From Camelus dromedarius (lineage: Eukaryota), in the NCBI RefSeq assembly GCF_036321535.1, contig NC_087436.1, positions 31,374,001-31,438,000 of the forward strand: DNA of 64,000 nt, read 5' to 3'. The translations under genes and the position numbers were made by a program. Numbering within the stretch: the first letter of the stretch is position 1; each line of letters opens with the position of its first letter. This document shows positions 51,121-62,899 of the stretch, in pieces. The notes below the pieces were generated by a model. It saw only the letters and a list, made by a program, of their open reading frames with translations. It did not search any database and was not told where the DNA came from.

Positions 51121-51372
51121 TACTGAAATCCTAGTCCACTGGGATTTCAAAACTTGTAGATACTGTCAGGCATATGCAGAATAGATAAACAAGATTATAC
51201 TGTATAGCACAGGGAAATATATACAAGATCTTGTGGTAGCTCACAGTGAAAAAAAAATGTGACAATGAATATATGTATGTTCATGTATAACTGAAAAATT
51301 GTGCTCTACACTGGAATTTGACACAACATTGTAAAATGACTATAACTCAATAAAAAATGTAAAAAGAAAAAA
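51121..51372 (+). mobile_element. Short young L1 3'UTR insertion with a 5' foldback
   Basis: tagataaacaagattatactgtatagcacagggaaatat..gactataactcaataaaaaatg, homologous to 50013-50190; flanks aaaaaatatac / aaaaaaatatatatatatatacac. Confidence 0.88.
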
Positions 51373-52469
51373 ATATATATATATATATACACTCCTGGAA
51401 ACTTGGAATAAAATGGAACTTCTTTCAATTAAGAAGAACTTGGGTAAAAATCAATCTAAATGGAGAAACATTAGAAATATTTCTCTTTAATGTAAGTACA
51501 AAGATTAATCATTTTACAACGTATACGTATATCAAATCGTCAAGTTGCACACTTTAAATATATACAGTTTTGTCAATTATACTTCCATAAAGCTGGAGAA
51601 AAAAATAAAATGAAATAAACAAATCAAAACATAAGTAAATAAATAAAGTATGAGGCATATTATCCACTATTACCATTTCATTCAACATTATGTTAATATA
51701 TATATGCTTATGTACTATCTACTACATAATATAGTTTGAAACAAACTGTCAAAAGGAAGAAACATAGACAAGTTTAAAAAAGATAATGCAGGAACACTAG
51801 ATGCACAAAACCAGATACTATATAATACCATTTTTGTAAAGTTCAAAGACATGAAGAAATAATATATTTTCTAGGGATGTATCATATTTAAAGCAAGGAA
51901 ATCATAAACACCAACACAGAAGTTTTCCTCTGTGTGGAAGACAGAAGGATGGGCTTGGGAGGAGGTGTCAGAGAGCTTCAGCAGTATGCAGCTGAGGGTT
52001 GGGGGAGTAGGCTGGTATTCTTTTGTTAATTTGCTTACATAATTTATATGCATGTTACATGTATTCTTTTGCATATATCAAACATGAAAATGTTTCATCA
52101 AAAAAATCAAGGGAGACAAGAAAAATCATGCTAAAATCCAAAGAAGTTTATTTACTTCATTCCTTAAGTTCCTTTTTTATCAGGTTTTTGTGGAAGTTTG
52201 TTTTCCTAGAAAAACCACAAGATTTCCAGTGGACAGGAGTTTATGTTCCTTTAACCTACTCATTTGCAGGAAAATAACAAGGACATGTGGATTACGAGGA
52301 TCAGTAAGATGTAACTCTAACATAAATCCAGAGCAACTAAATTGTTGACTGAAATGAACTCTGATATTGTAGAGAGCTTGGAGGAGCATCAATAAAACTA
52401 AACTAAACCTTTATCTATGCAAATAAGATAATTTATATGAAAACACTGTACAAGCATGAGCACATGCCC

Positions 52470-52620
52470 AAGTGCAAGGGCCCAAAACAAAGTTAGGTTT
52501 AAATCCTGGCTCTACTTACTTAACTTCTCTGAACCACAGAGTCTTCATCTATCAAATGAAGACAATAATATCTCCTTAAACAGTGTGCCAACCCATGGTG
52601 GTAAAATAACTATAATGTTA
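52470..52620 (+). mobile_element. MIR SINE
   Basis: ggtttaaatcctggctctacttacttaacttctctgaaccacagagtcttcatctatcaaatgaag. Confidence 0.7.
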
Positions 52621-52999
52621 CAAAGACACAGGAACCATAAACTTTGTTCTTACATAATTCTCAGTGTAAATTACCATTATCCTCAACCAATGTTCATTAT
52701 AGATACTGTATTTCATTTTGTTATTGGAACCAGTGAAACAGTCTTCTTAAACTAGTTGAATTCAAGCAGTAATATTACTTCTCTTATAGCCCATTGGAGA
52801 GGTCCTTGAAGAGACAAAAGGTCACTTTTATTATCAGTATGATGTTTTAAAATCATAAAAATGTTTTATAAAAACATGAATTTTGTCTAATCATGAGGGG
52901 TTTTTCATAAAATCCAGTACAGTCCTCTCTCCTAGACTCCACACCTGCCATCTCTTCCAGCAGAAATCACAAGAAAGCCTCTGAGACCCATCTGATCAT

Positions 53000-53690
53000 A
53001 GCAGTTTTGCACCTCACCTACCATCACAGCTTCAACAGTGGAGACTGAGAAAATATCTCAGAACTGGACAGCTCTTCCACCCTTCCTAGTCTTCTGCACG
53101 GCTTCACAAACAGCCATGCCGCATCCTGAGAGCTTTTTGGTATCCTTCCCCCACTTTATGCATCTCTGCATGCTAATCCCTCCATGGTCCATCACAGTCC
53201 TTTTTCTGTCCCTATCCACCCAAGTCCTGAACCCTTTTGTTGTGTCCTCTGGAGTTCACAGTTAGTCATTGTCAAATCTCCTGTATTCTTTTCTCTCAAA
53301 ACTCCCCTCACTTTCTCCATCAAAAGGGAACGTGGATCTCCCTTGAGAATACTACCTGTCCTGCAGCCCTCTCAAGTAGTGACTGTTATTCTCCCTAGTA
53401 ATACTGGAGATGGAGTAGATGTCTCTCATGCTCCTCATTCTGCTTTCAAACCATCCATCCTCTTCCTTGAAATGGCCAGCTCTGGAACCCATAATCAGAA
53501 TATATCTGAATCTCAACTGGTTGCAGTCACTCCCCTCCTCCCTTCAAGAATTTTGCTCCTGTCATCCTCAACTGCATAAGTCTGTAAATCTTGTGATTTT
53601 AATATACATGTAAAATGAACCTCCCAATGCCTTAGCCTCTCACTTCTTGGACATGATCCTACATTCAATCTCAGACTCTCTTTCTTCCAT
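53000..53690 (+). mobile_element. L2 ORF2 endonuclease-region remnant
   Basis: gaacgtggatctcccttgagaatactacctgtcctgcagccctctcaagtagtg (like ETWLSPEDT.PAALS); TGDGVDVSHAPHSAF (like GGGVGVLLAPHCRF); cttgtgattttaatatacatgt (like GDFNIHV). Confidence 0.6.
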
Positions 53691-53696
53691 GATCAT

Positions 53697-55829
53697 GAAG
53701 GCTCTTCACCAAAACCCAACCATGCTGGCCTTGGACTTCCTAGTCTCCAGAACTGTGAGAAATAAATTTCTATTATTTATAAACCACCTAGTTTATAGTA
53801 TTTCTGTTAAAGCAACCCAAATGGACTAACACAGAAAATTGGTAACAAGGAGTTGGGTGCTGCCCTAAAAAGTACCTTAAAACTTGGACACAGCTTTGGA
53901 ACTGGGCAATGGGTAGGGGCTGGAAGAGTTTTGATGTACATGCTAGAAAAAGCCAACATTACCATGAACGAACCATTAAAGTGAATCTGGTGAGGGCTCA
54001 GAAGAAGAGGAGAGCTACAGAGAAAGCCTCAGTCTCTTAGAGAATACCTAAGTAGTCATGAACAGAATGTTGGTTGAAATATAGACTGTAAAGTTCATTT
54101 TGATGAGATCTCAGAAATGAGGAACTGGAGGAAAGTCCTTGTTATAAAGTGGCAAACAACTTAGCTGAATTATATTTGTGTCCAGGTGCTTTACGGCAGG
54201 TAGAACTTGTGATCAATGAAATCGAGTATTTGGTTGAAACTATTTCTAAGCAAAGTGTTAAAGGTGTAGCTTGACCTCTCTTGAATGCTAATAGTAAAAT
54301 GTGAGAAGAGAGAAATAACTTAATAACAATTGTTAACCCAAAAAGAACCAGAACTTAACAGAAAATTCTCAGCCTATTCCTATACACCCCCCCCCCCAAA
54401 AAAGAGAGAGAGAGAGAGAGACATGTTCAGGAGAGAACATTAAAGGTGTGACCATACAATCTTTTAATAAGGATCTTAGTGTGGGTGTGAACTATGGATC
54501 CCAGCAGGAAAACTGCCAATTTGAATAGAAGGAGAAGGAGATAGGAAGAAAAGAAGCAAGGTTGTCAGACTTCTTAGATTTTACAGGATGGGACCATAGA
54601 GCCGTTGAGGTATGAACATGCAATATTCCTCAAGACAAGGAAAGAAGGATCCCAAAAAGGGTTCAGAAATCATCAGGGCTACCTCCTCAGTTTCAAAAGG
54701 AAGAGGCCATTGAGAGTTTGAACAGGCCAAACACCACCCACAGCCAAGGGAGCCCTACCTCTGCCCAGCAGAGCTGTGGGAATACGGCTACCTCCCACCC
54801 AGATTTCAAAGGATGGAGCTACCCAGAGCTGTAAGCACATGACTCAGGCAGAGAGCTGTGATGGTAAGGGCAAGGCCACTGGAGAAAGTCTCTGCTAGTG
54901 CAGTGCCAGGTAAAGCCATAGGGGCAGGCCCCCCTTCTAGCCTCAGAGCAGTAAAGACACCAGTGTGTGACTCCATCCTGGGAGAGCCACGCACATGAAA
55001 CTTCAATCTATGAGAGATGCCATGTGGTCTTTGCTTAGCAAAGCCCTGGGTGTGGGGATATCCCAGTGTGTCCAGAAGGTGGGATCCCTGCCCTACTGGG
55101 CCTGGTGGCAGAGCATCCAGGCAAAGAAAATTATTCTCAAGCCTTAAGATTTAATGTTGTTTGCACTGTTGGATTTTGGACTTGCTTGAGACCCGTCATC
55201 TTTTTCTTTCCTATTCGTCTCTTTTGGAATGGGAATGTTTACCCTATGCCTGTCCCACCATTGTATTTTAGAAGTGCATAACTTGTTTGATTTCACAGGC
55301 TCACCATTGGAGAGAAAGTTTGCCTCAGAATGAATCAGCCTTGAGTCTCACTCATATCTGATTTAGAGGAATCTTTGGACTTTTGGCTTCTGAGTTGAGG
55401 CTGGAACGAGTTAAAAGTTTTGAGGCTACTGGGATAAAATGAATGTGTTTTGCATGTGAGAAAGACATGAATTTGGGGAAGCCAGAGGCAGAATGCTATG
55501 GTCTGAACGTTTGTATTCTCCCAAAAGTCAAATGTTGAAATCCTAACCCCTAAAATAATGGTATTAGGACATAGGGTTTTTTGGAGGTGATTACTGTCTT
55601 TATAAAAGAGACCCCAGAGAGCTCCATTACCCCTTCCACCACGTGAAACACAGCAAGAAGGCACTGGCTATGAGCCGACCAGGAAGAGAGGCTTTACCAG
55701 AGCCTGACCATGCTAGCACCTTGATCTTAGACTTCACAGCCTCCAGAACTGTGAGAAATAAGTTTCTATTATTTATAAACCACCCAGTTTATAGTATGTT
55801 TGTTGATGCAGCCTGAATGGACTAAGGTA
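53697..55829 (+). mobile_element. ERVL-MaLR provirus (MLT1A0-like): partial 5' LTR 53697-53833, internal region 53834-55493, 3' LTR 55494-55829
   Basis: Two homologous LTR ends (ccagaactgtgagaaataa..atggactaa); internal region begins gaaaattggtaac; purine-rich PPT-like ggggaagccagaggcagaa precedes tgctatgg. Confidence 0.92.
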
Positions 55830-56988
55830 ATTATTTACTTGTCAGAAAGATATGTTCATTTTTAGCTATGGTCAGTTTTAAGTATTGTACATTCATTTGT
55901 TGATTAAGTAAAAAATATTGATTACTTCTTATGGACCAGGCATTATTTTAGATGTTAAGGAGTCAATGGTGACTTGTTAACTATTATATTTCTCTCAGAT
56001 AACTCCATGGTTGCTCCGTTTTCCAGCATTGGCTTGTTCAGTTGCTAATCTGATCTTTACCCTTTTAATCATTTAATTCACTGTATACTAACTGTTTAGT
56101 ATTGATGAAATAGAGAAGAGAAAAGTTTACTGGGCCAAAACAGTGAGGTCAACACAATGTTAAAATGTCCTGGGTCACACAGCCCTGTCCTTAATGGGTA
56201 GGTCTAGTTACATAACCGACCATTTCCCCAAGCCGTGTTGCTAGCACAATGTCATTATCAAACAATAGCAAAGACAATGAGTTCAATTCTAATATCTTGA
56301 GTTAAAGATCCCAGAAAGACCCTTAGGTAAAGATTATCTGCAAGTAGTTTAAATGTGGGACTGGTTCTTAGGGAGAGTGCCCAAGACTGGAGACAAAAAT
56401 TCAGGAGTCAAATGACTACAGGTGAGAGTTGAATCTATTAAGCCTAGAGGAGATTTCCAAAACAGAGACCATAAAGAAAGGAAATTAGAGGAAGACCAAA
56501 AACCAGTTTTGTGATCAGTAGAGAAAAGAAATAAGGGAGAACTTTTTAAATGTATATAATTTTTGAGCAATTAGAGAGAAGATAATTTTTTTAAATAGAG
56601 AGAGGTATGATTTCTAGCACTTTAAAAACAAATAATTTATTTTTGTTTATAATATAAATACGGAGAGTTACTTAACAAGTGAAAAAGAATAATTTGTAAA
56701 ATAAATGACTGCACATACGTAGAGTAGAACACCATGCTGCAATTTGCAACAATTAAAATTATGCCAAACAAATCACAAAAGTATTTCTTTGTCACTCTAA
56801 ACTGAAACATGGACAGATTCTCTTTTCATTTCTGCTGATTCATCTTCACTAGGGACAACTGAGATGGCAAAATTCAGAGAAATTCCTACCTCTGTGTCCA
56901 ACTTTGCCCATTGCTCTGGTACCACAAAGAGATAGAACTGGTTTATTAGTTTTTTCAAGACAGGCAATAAAATGGGGGAAATGAAGAA

Positions 56989-57939
56989 TGGGAGAGGATA
57001 AGCATTTGGAAACTATATAGTGAGCACATGTCCTTCTTCTTTCGTCCTGGCCCTACCCCTAGTATTTACCCCATGAAGCTGGAGAATTTAGAAACTGACC
57101 CCAAGAGATGGCCGAGGGGCACAATAAGATGTGGATTTTTGTGGACCTAGAGCAAGCTACTGAAGTTGATTGGAACCATCAGTCAACCTGCCAGCCTCCA
57201 CCCAAAAAAACTGCTGAAGACCCCAAATAGCATAAGTCTTGAGGGAGTAGGGGCAAATCTGAGGTGAGAGGGAGGAAAGTAACATCCATGACACTTTTGA
57301 AGCCTCACAGGGACCCCAGCAGACACCCTGAGATGCCATCATGTGCCCTAAGATCCCAACAGGTCCATCAATGCCAAGAATCAGCAGAAGCTGTCCAGAG
57401 ACAATGAAAAGAAAAGAGCCACTCCATCTGGAGATCAGTGAAGATGTCTCTTACCTCACTGTACCTGGGCTGTGGTTGCAATGAGCATCCCCAGTTCTAG
57501 GGACCAAACAAGAAACAAGAAACAACAGAGGGGGAACTTGTGGTGAGATGCAAATCCTACTCACCACCCATTCCGTTCTTAACTTTCACCGATTCCCCAC
57601 CCTTCCTTCCCTGACACCTCAGGTGAACACAAGTCTGTGAATCAGAGGAAGGACAAGAGAGGGAAAAACTCTTGAGAAGGGAAAGAAATTTGGAGAACAA
57701 ACTGTGAACAGTACCTGAGATTGTAGTTCTTGAATCTGACTGCCAAAAAGAGTCTGAGTTTTAAACTGGAAAAGACAAGAATAACTTGAAGACTCATTAC
57801 ATTTTTGCTGCTAAGCCAAAAAAAAAAAAAAAAAAAAAAAAAAAAGACACTTAGAATCAGGGAGAGCCCGTGCAGTTATGAAATGCTTTCATTTTTTGCA
57901 CTAATCAGATTTGTGGCTGTTCAAGTTATACCTATTACA
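56989..57939 (+). mobile_element. Probable ancient Gypsy-type solo LTR (MamGypLTR-like)
   Basis: Starts tgggagaggataagcattt..catgtccttcttc and ends ttttgcactaatcagatttgtggctgttcaagttatacctattaca, resembling MamGypLTR termini as I recall them; no clear TSD. Confidence 0.45.
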
Positions 57940-57944
57940 AATAT

Positions 57945-58220
57945 TTGATAACATGAGAAATGCTATGTAACATTGTTAAATGAGAAAATTAGTTTTAAAA
58001 TGGTATTTATAGCATGATCTCATTTTTTAAAATGATAAATACACTTGGAAAGAAAAGGCTGGGCTGTATACTATGTTAAGAGTGGCTTTCTCTAAGTGGT
58101 AACATTATGGATCTCTTTCCTTTTTTAAATATTTTTTAGTTGTATTTTCTAGTGTTTTTAATAAATATCAAGGTTTGCATATTTTAACAAAGAGAGGAAA
58201 TTTTTGTTTTAAAAAGAAAT
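57945..58220 (+). mobile_element. Ancient L1 (L1ME-like) 3'UTR fragment
   Basis: ttgttaaatgagaaaa..tatagcatgatctcattttt..atgttaagagtggctttctctaagtggt. Confidence 0.65.
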
Positions 58221-58751
58221 AATGGCCAACAGTGTTAAGAGCTTCACAAAGGGTGATTTCATTAAGGATAAAAACTGTTAAAAAATAAAAGGCAAATGGA
58301 TTTGGCTCAGCAAATACTCATCACTGACCCATAGAAGAATGATTTTTATTAAGGTCATCTATAAAATTCTACTGTTATAATCTTGCTACCATATAGCTAC
58401 ATTTCATACAGCCACAGAATAGAGGATTTGTGACTCCTTCGTTTCTGCACTATACCCTCCACTGAGAAAGAGCAGAATCCTAGATGCTTGTTCTCATTCT
58501 GATACAAGCTACAAGCCTAATTGGAAAGTTTCTTCACAACCCCACACTGTGTGAAAACACAAAGACAGATGCAAGAGAAATTACTCACAGCGTCCCTTGA
58601 TGCTGCCCTGCCTCCAAGCAGTCCTGCTAGGTCAGATGCAGAATTAGGGGTTAATTCAGGGCTTATATCTCAGAATTTATTCAGTTTGCTTTCATTTTTT
58701 ACTTTCGTGAGACTGTCACTGTCTGTGACAGGTTAATGATGATATACTTAC

Positions 58752-58846
58752 TTCCGAATATTTTTAGATATATTCCAGGTTGTACAATAAAGTTTTATAG
58801 AGATGTGCACAGCATAGCAGGTGGTTGATATCCAAATTAGTTACAG
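58752..58846 (-). other. Candidate 95-nt non-coding (5'UTR or lncRNA) exon
   Basis: Minus-strand acceptor tttcttctcctgttatttcaatgtggcAG and donor GAA|GTAAGTAT; unique sequence; stops in all three frames. Confidence 0.5.
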
Positions 58847-59629
58847 CTGCCACATTGAAATAACAGGAGAAGAAACTGAATATATAATAAGATAATTGTA
58901 TATATGGAGATGAATTTAGCATATCAAACGATGATAAAAGTACATAAACCTTGCAATGACCTATTGTGTCATTTGATTTACTATTATCCCAGTTTCTGTT
59001 CCTATTTCTAATATTAAAAGGATAATTTCAGAGGCCTTGAAAAAAAAGACCTTAACACTCAGAGTCCCTAATGCATAATACAATGCCCAAGAAACTGAAT
59101 GCTCAATAAATGTTAGTTGATACTGACAGTAGAACTAAATTTAGATAATTAAGTTTTATAAATCTAAGTATATGTATATTTCTTAATAAATACAGAGGAT
59201 GGGATTGGTCCAAGAAGAAAAGATGAGCAAGTTCTCGAGAGTTTCACATTAAATATTTAGAGTCTTCTTACTCAGGGACACCTGCTAAGCCATGATAGAA
59301 TAATGCACTCTGGGATGCTCAGAATTGTTTGACCCTATGAAACATTAAAGCCATTTTGTTCCAAAGAGTTCTCTTATAAAAGAGTAAAAGTAACCTCATT
59401 CTTCTTGCAGAGTAACCAAAAAAGAAATCTTGCATCAGCTTTCTAAACTTGACAGTCTAGTTAGTCTGAACGTGCAAAATGCAAGGCCTACAGGACATCC
59501 ATGATCTTTCCAGAGTTTAAGATAAACAGCCCTAGCTCTACTATACATAATAACAGGTCACTTGAACAACAAAAAGTGCCTAAAGGTCCTTCTTTCCAGA
59601 AACCACTTTCCCCAGCCTACTGTGGTACC

Positions 59630-59810
59630 AACTCACAGAATCCTAAAGTTGGAAGGGACCTCGAAGAATGTCCTGCCCCAACAGCTTCATTTTTATAAAT
59701 GAGGAGAAACAAAATGACTCATCTTAAGTCACTTCAACAAAAGTGAATCGACAACATAGAGACTAAAACTCAGAACTCCTAATTGCCAGGAAACTTGCTC
59801 TTCACATTAT
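59630..59810 (-). mobile_element. MIR3-like SINE
   Basis: cacagaatcctaaagttggaagggacctcgaag..cttcatttttataaatgaggag..gactaaaactcagaactcct. Confidence 0.7.
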
Positions 59811-62653
59811 CTTGGCCATCTCCCTTTCCTCCTGGTATGACATTCCCACCTTTAAGGGTCCTATTGGATAAGAAAACAAACTTAGCAACGCAACAACACC
59901 TGCCCTAAAATCATTTCAGGAGCACATTAACGTAGACGTATGTCATTAGCTGTCACTAGCGCACGCCCAGGAGGAAGAGATTCCTGCTGTAGCTCTGATC
60001 AGTGTCCCTCCCCATCTCTGCAAAGCCACTCCCCTTCCTTGCCTCTAATAGAAATCCTGCCCAAGCTTTAGCGCTCAACACAAACACCAACTCTTCCTAG
60101 ACATTTCATACCAGAACACATTCTCCCACCTCTGGATTCCTATGATAACATTCACACACAATGTTCATTTTCCTGCTCAGCAGTGTAGAACTTTGTCTTA
60201 GTATTAGACTGTTTCATGTTTCTATACATTGTCTCCCAGTTAATTTGTGTGCATTCCTTGATGGCTGGTGGCTGAGGTACCTTATCTCATTAATGTCCTC
60301 CATAGGATCTCATGTACACTTTTAAAATAAATGGATATGTTTAATATTCTGTCCCTTTCCAAACAGGATTTAAAGCAATAATAAATATTTGTTGAGCTTA
60401 AGCAAATGTGAATTCAGGAGAATGCATTTCTGAGAGGGAAAGAGATCACTAAGAGCGGCAGACAAGTGCTACATGACAAGGTGGACCACGAAGGCCCCCT
60501 GGCCTTCACCTACTGCAAAGCCAAGCAAGGCCTGCTGTCACATCCACAAACAGACAAGTTTTCCCTGAAATCCCTTCATGTTTTATTTCACACTAAGTGA
60601 CACCATAAAATCTCCCAATCATGACGTTTCAGAAACCAGTTGTTCCAAGGTATTAAAAGCAGACCCATCACAATTCATTTGGATTGTTTGGATACACAAG
60701 GTGATGGAAGTTCCAAGGGCATGCTCTCTTTATTTGCATTTTAGAAAAAACAAATCATCCTGGTCTGCAATTTGGTACTTAAAACTCTAATCATGCCATG
60801 GGTTTATGGGCATCACATCGTTTCAGATACATATAATGTCATTGAGGCACAGTAAACAGGATGTATTCAAGAAATTCCAAAATCCCCACTTTTTATTAAT
60901 TTCCTATGAAACTGTGATGCACTATGTCATTATTTAATAAACTTGTATTCCTACTTAAAAGAAAGTCTTATTGCCATGAAAGCAGTTAAATAAGCATTTA
61001 TCAGGACACTTATTCTCTTAAAAAAATTACAGTTAATTGCAATCATCACTAAAATAATAAAGTGTTTGGCTCATAGCCTGTTTACCTACTGTGATTTTTT
61101 CCCTTATACCCATTAATTTTTTTTCTCAAGCTTTCAGAACTCTACCTGGTCAAGCAGGACATAATTCCGAATGTTGTGCTATTAGCTGACTTTTAATTAG
61201 AACCTGTTATAAAATCACTATTATTTTTCTTGGTGCTAATATATACATATATTCATCAAAATGCACAAAATAGTCAATTTAAAAAATAGTGTTGTGTGTG
61301 AGTGTGTGATATAAGGTAAACTGAAAACACAGAATATACTCTTTTATACACATGATATCTAAACTTCTTTTAATAGTTGGTAAATTCCAACAATTGTAAG
61401 GATAACCACATTTCTCTAGATTACAACAACCTGAAGATACATTTAAGTCCCAATAACAGAACAGCTGCTGCTTGACTTCCTGCCTTTCTCAAGGTAACCA
61501 GGATAAACATTCCTGATTGTAGTGGTATGGCACGTTAATCCAGTCCAACTTACTCTTTGCCTGGAAGCAAATCACAGCATGGAGTCTTAGCCAAATAAAT
61601 AAGAATCTAACAACTGAAAAACAATTAAAGCAATTTAGAGTTTTAGTACAGCCTCTTAGAAATAGTCATGAGATACAGAAAAATTTATAATCTTCTTTCA
61701 CCATCTCTCCTTCAACTTTCCGAAATACAGCAGCTTCCCTATTGTTTCTCTCATGGCCCCTTCCAATTCAGCTCTCCTCTCTTCTCCCCCCTGGACTACC
61801 CTGAAAGTTTCTTTACTGCAAAGATCAATTTACCTTCACTAGCACCCATCTCACCAATTATGTTCTCAAGTTCTGTTCAATAAAAGAAGGCCAGAGAATT
61901 GACTCAGTTCTGCATAGTCTTTCTTACAGGCAATAAGTACCAATCACTTTCTTCTTCCCTGTTCAGACACTGACATGCAGCTCCCTGGACCCTAAGTCCT
62001 AATCCTAAACTAAGTTGGTGACACTCCCACGACAGATGCAATGCTTGGACCCACCCTGCTTCTCTGTTCCATGTTTCACATCACCAGTGTAATGAGGCTA
62101 TCAAGCAGAACCCCTTTGGCTCCCAGGATCCTATAAAAATCTTTGAAATACCGTTCATCACATTATAACCTTCTCTCCAAAGAGCACTGGTACAAAAGTA
62201 AAGAGAATTCAGGGAAACAGTAAGAAAAATCTAGGTCAGAGGATGATATCAAGCAGCCCACAATTTTCTGTTCTCATACTGACCCTTCAACCTTGGACAA
62301 ATCCTTTCCTAAAAGACTTCTAAATAAAACCCCAGAAATATGTATTGAAGGGCTTCAAAATATATATAGTCTTTGACCCTTTTATGCACAAAGACATTCA
62401 TAACATCCTTATTTTTTATAGTGACATGTAGAAACAGACAAAATGTCCAAAGATACGAGAGGGTTCAATCACAACACATGATATGAAATATTATATAGCT
62501 ATTTTCAAAGAGATTGATCAAATGATTAGATGAGGAAATGCCCCTTTCCAAATCAAGCAGAAATCCTCTTCTTTAAATTAATCAGTATTTGATTAATTTT
62601 AAATTGTTAGCAGATTCATAAAAATTACTGTATGTATCCTAAACATATAATTT

Positions 62654-62809
62654 TTAAAAATATTTTATTTATTTATTATTGTATTATTTAATTATTTTAT
62701 TGTGGCAGGGTGGGTAATTAGGTTTATTTTTTAGCAGAGGTACTGGGAATACCCAGGACCTCATGCATGCTAAGCATGCACTCTACCATTGAGCTATACC
62801 CTCCCCCTT
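62654..62809 (-). mobile_element. tRNA(Ala)-derived camelid SINE (Vic-1 type)
   Basis: Minus strand GGGGGAGGGTATAGCTCAATGGTAGAGTGCATGCTTAGCATGCATGAGGTCCTGGG..CCCAGTACCTC..AAACCTAATTACCC plus an AT-rich tail; TSD taaacatataattt at 62640-62653 and 62810-62823. Confidence 0.92.
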
Positions 62810-62899
62810 TAAACATATAATTTAAAATACAGATGTATACTCTTTCACCAAACTTTGGATATAGACCAAGATCTTGGGCCCAGTTTAGAGTTCTGTATC

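Larger units (their letters stand above)
46915..52110 (+). mobile_element. Old L1 (L1ME-like) host element fragmented by several nested insertions
   Basis: ORF1-like pieces at about 47540-47640 and 48995-49090, ORF2-like pieces at 50410-51110 and 51390-51500, 3'UTR-like sequence at 51700-52110. Confidence 0.65.

Noticed and set aside
62735..62807. tRNA-Ala gene
   Set aside because: Damaged T-arm/B-box, a SINE-specific 3' extension, an A-rich tail and a TSD show it is a SINE
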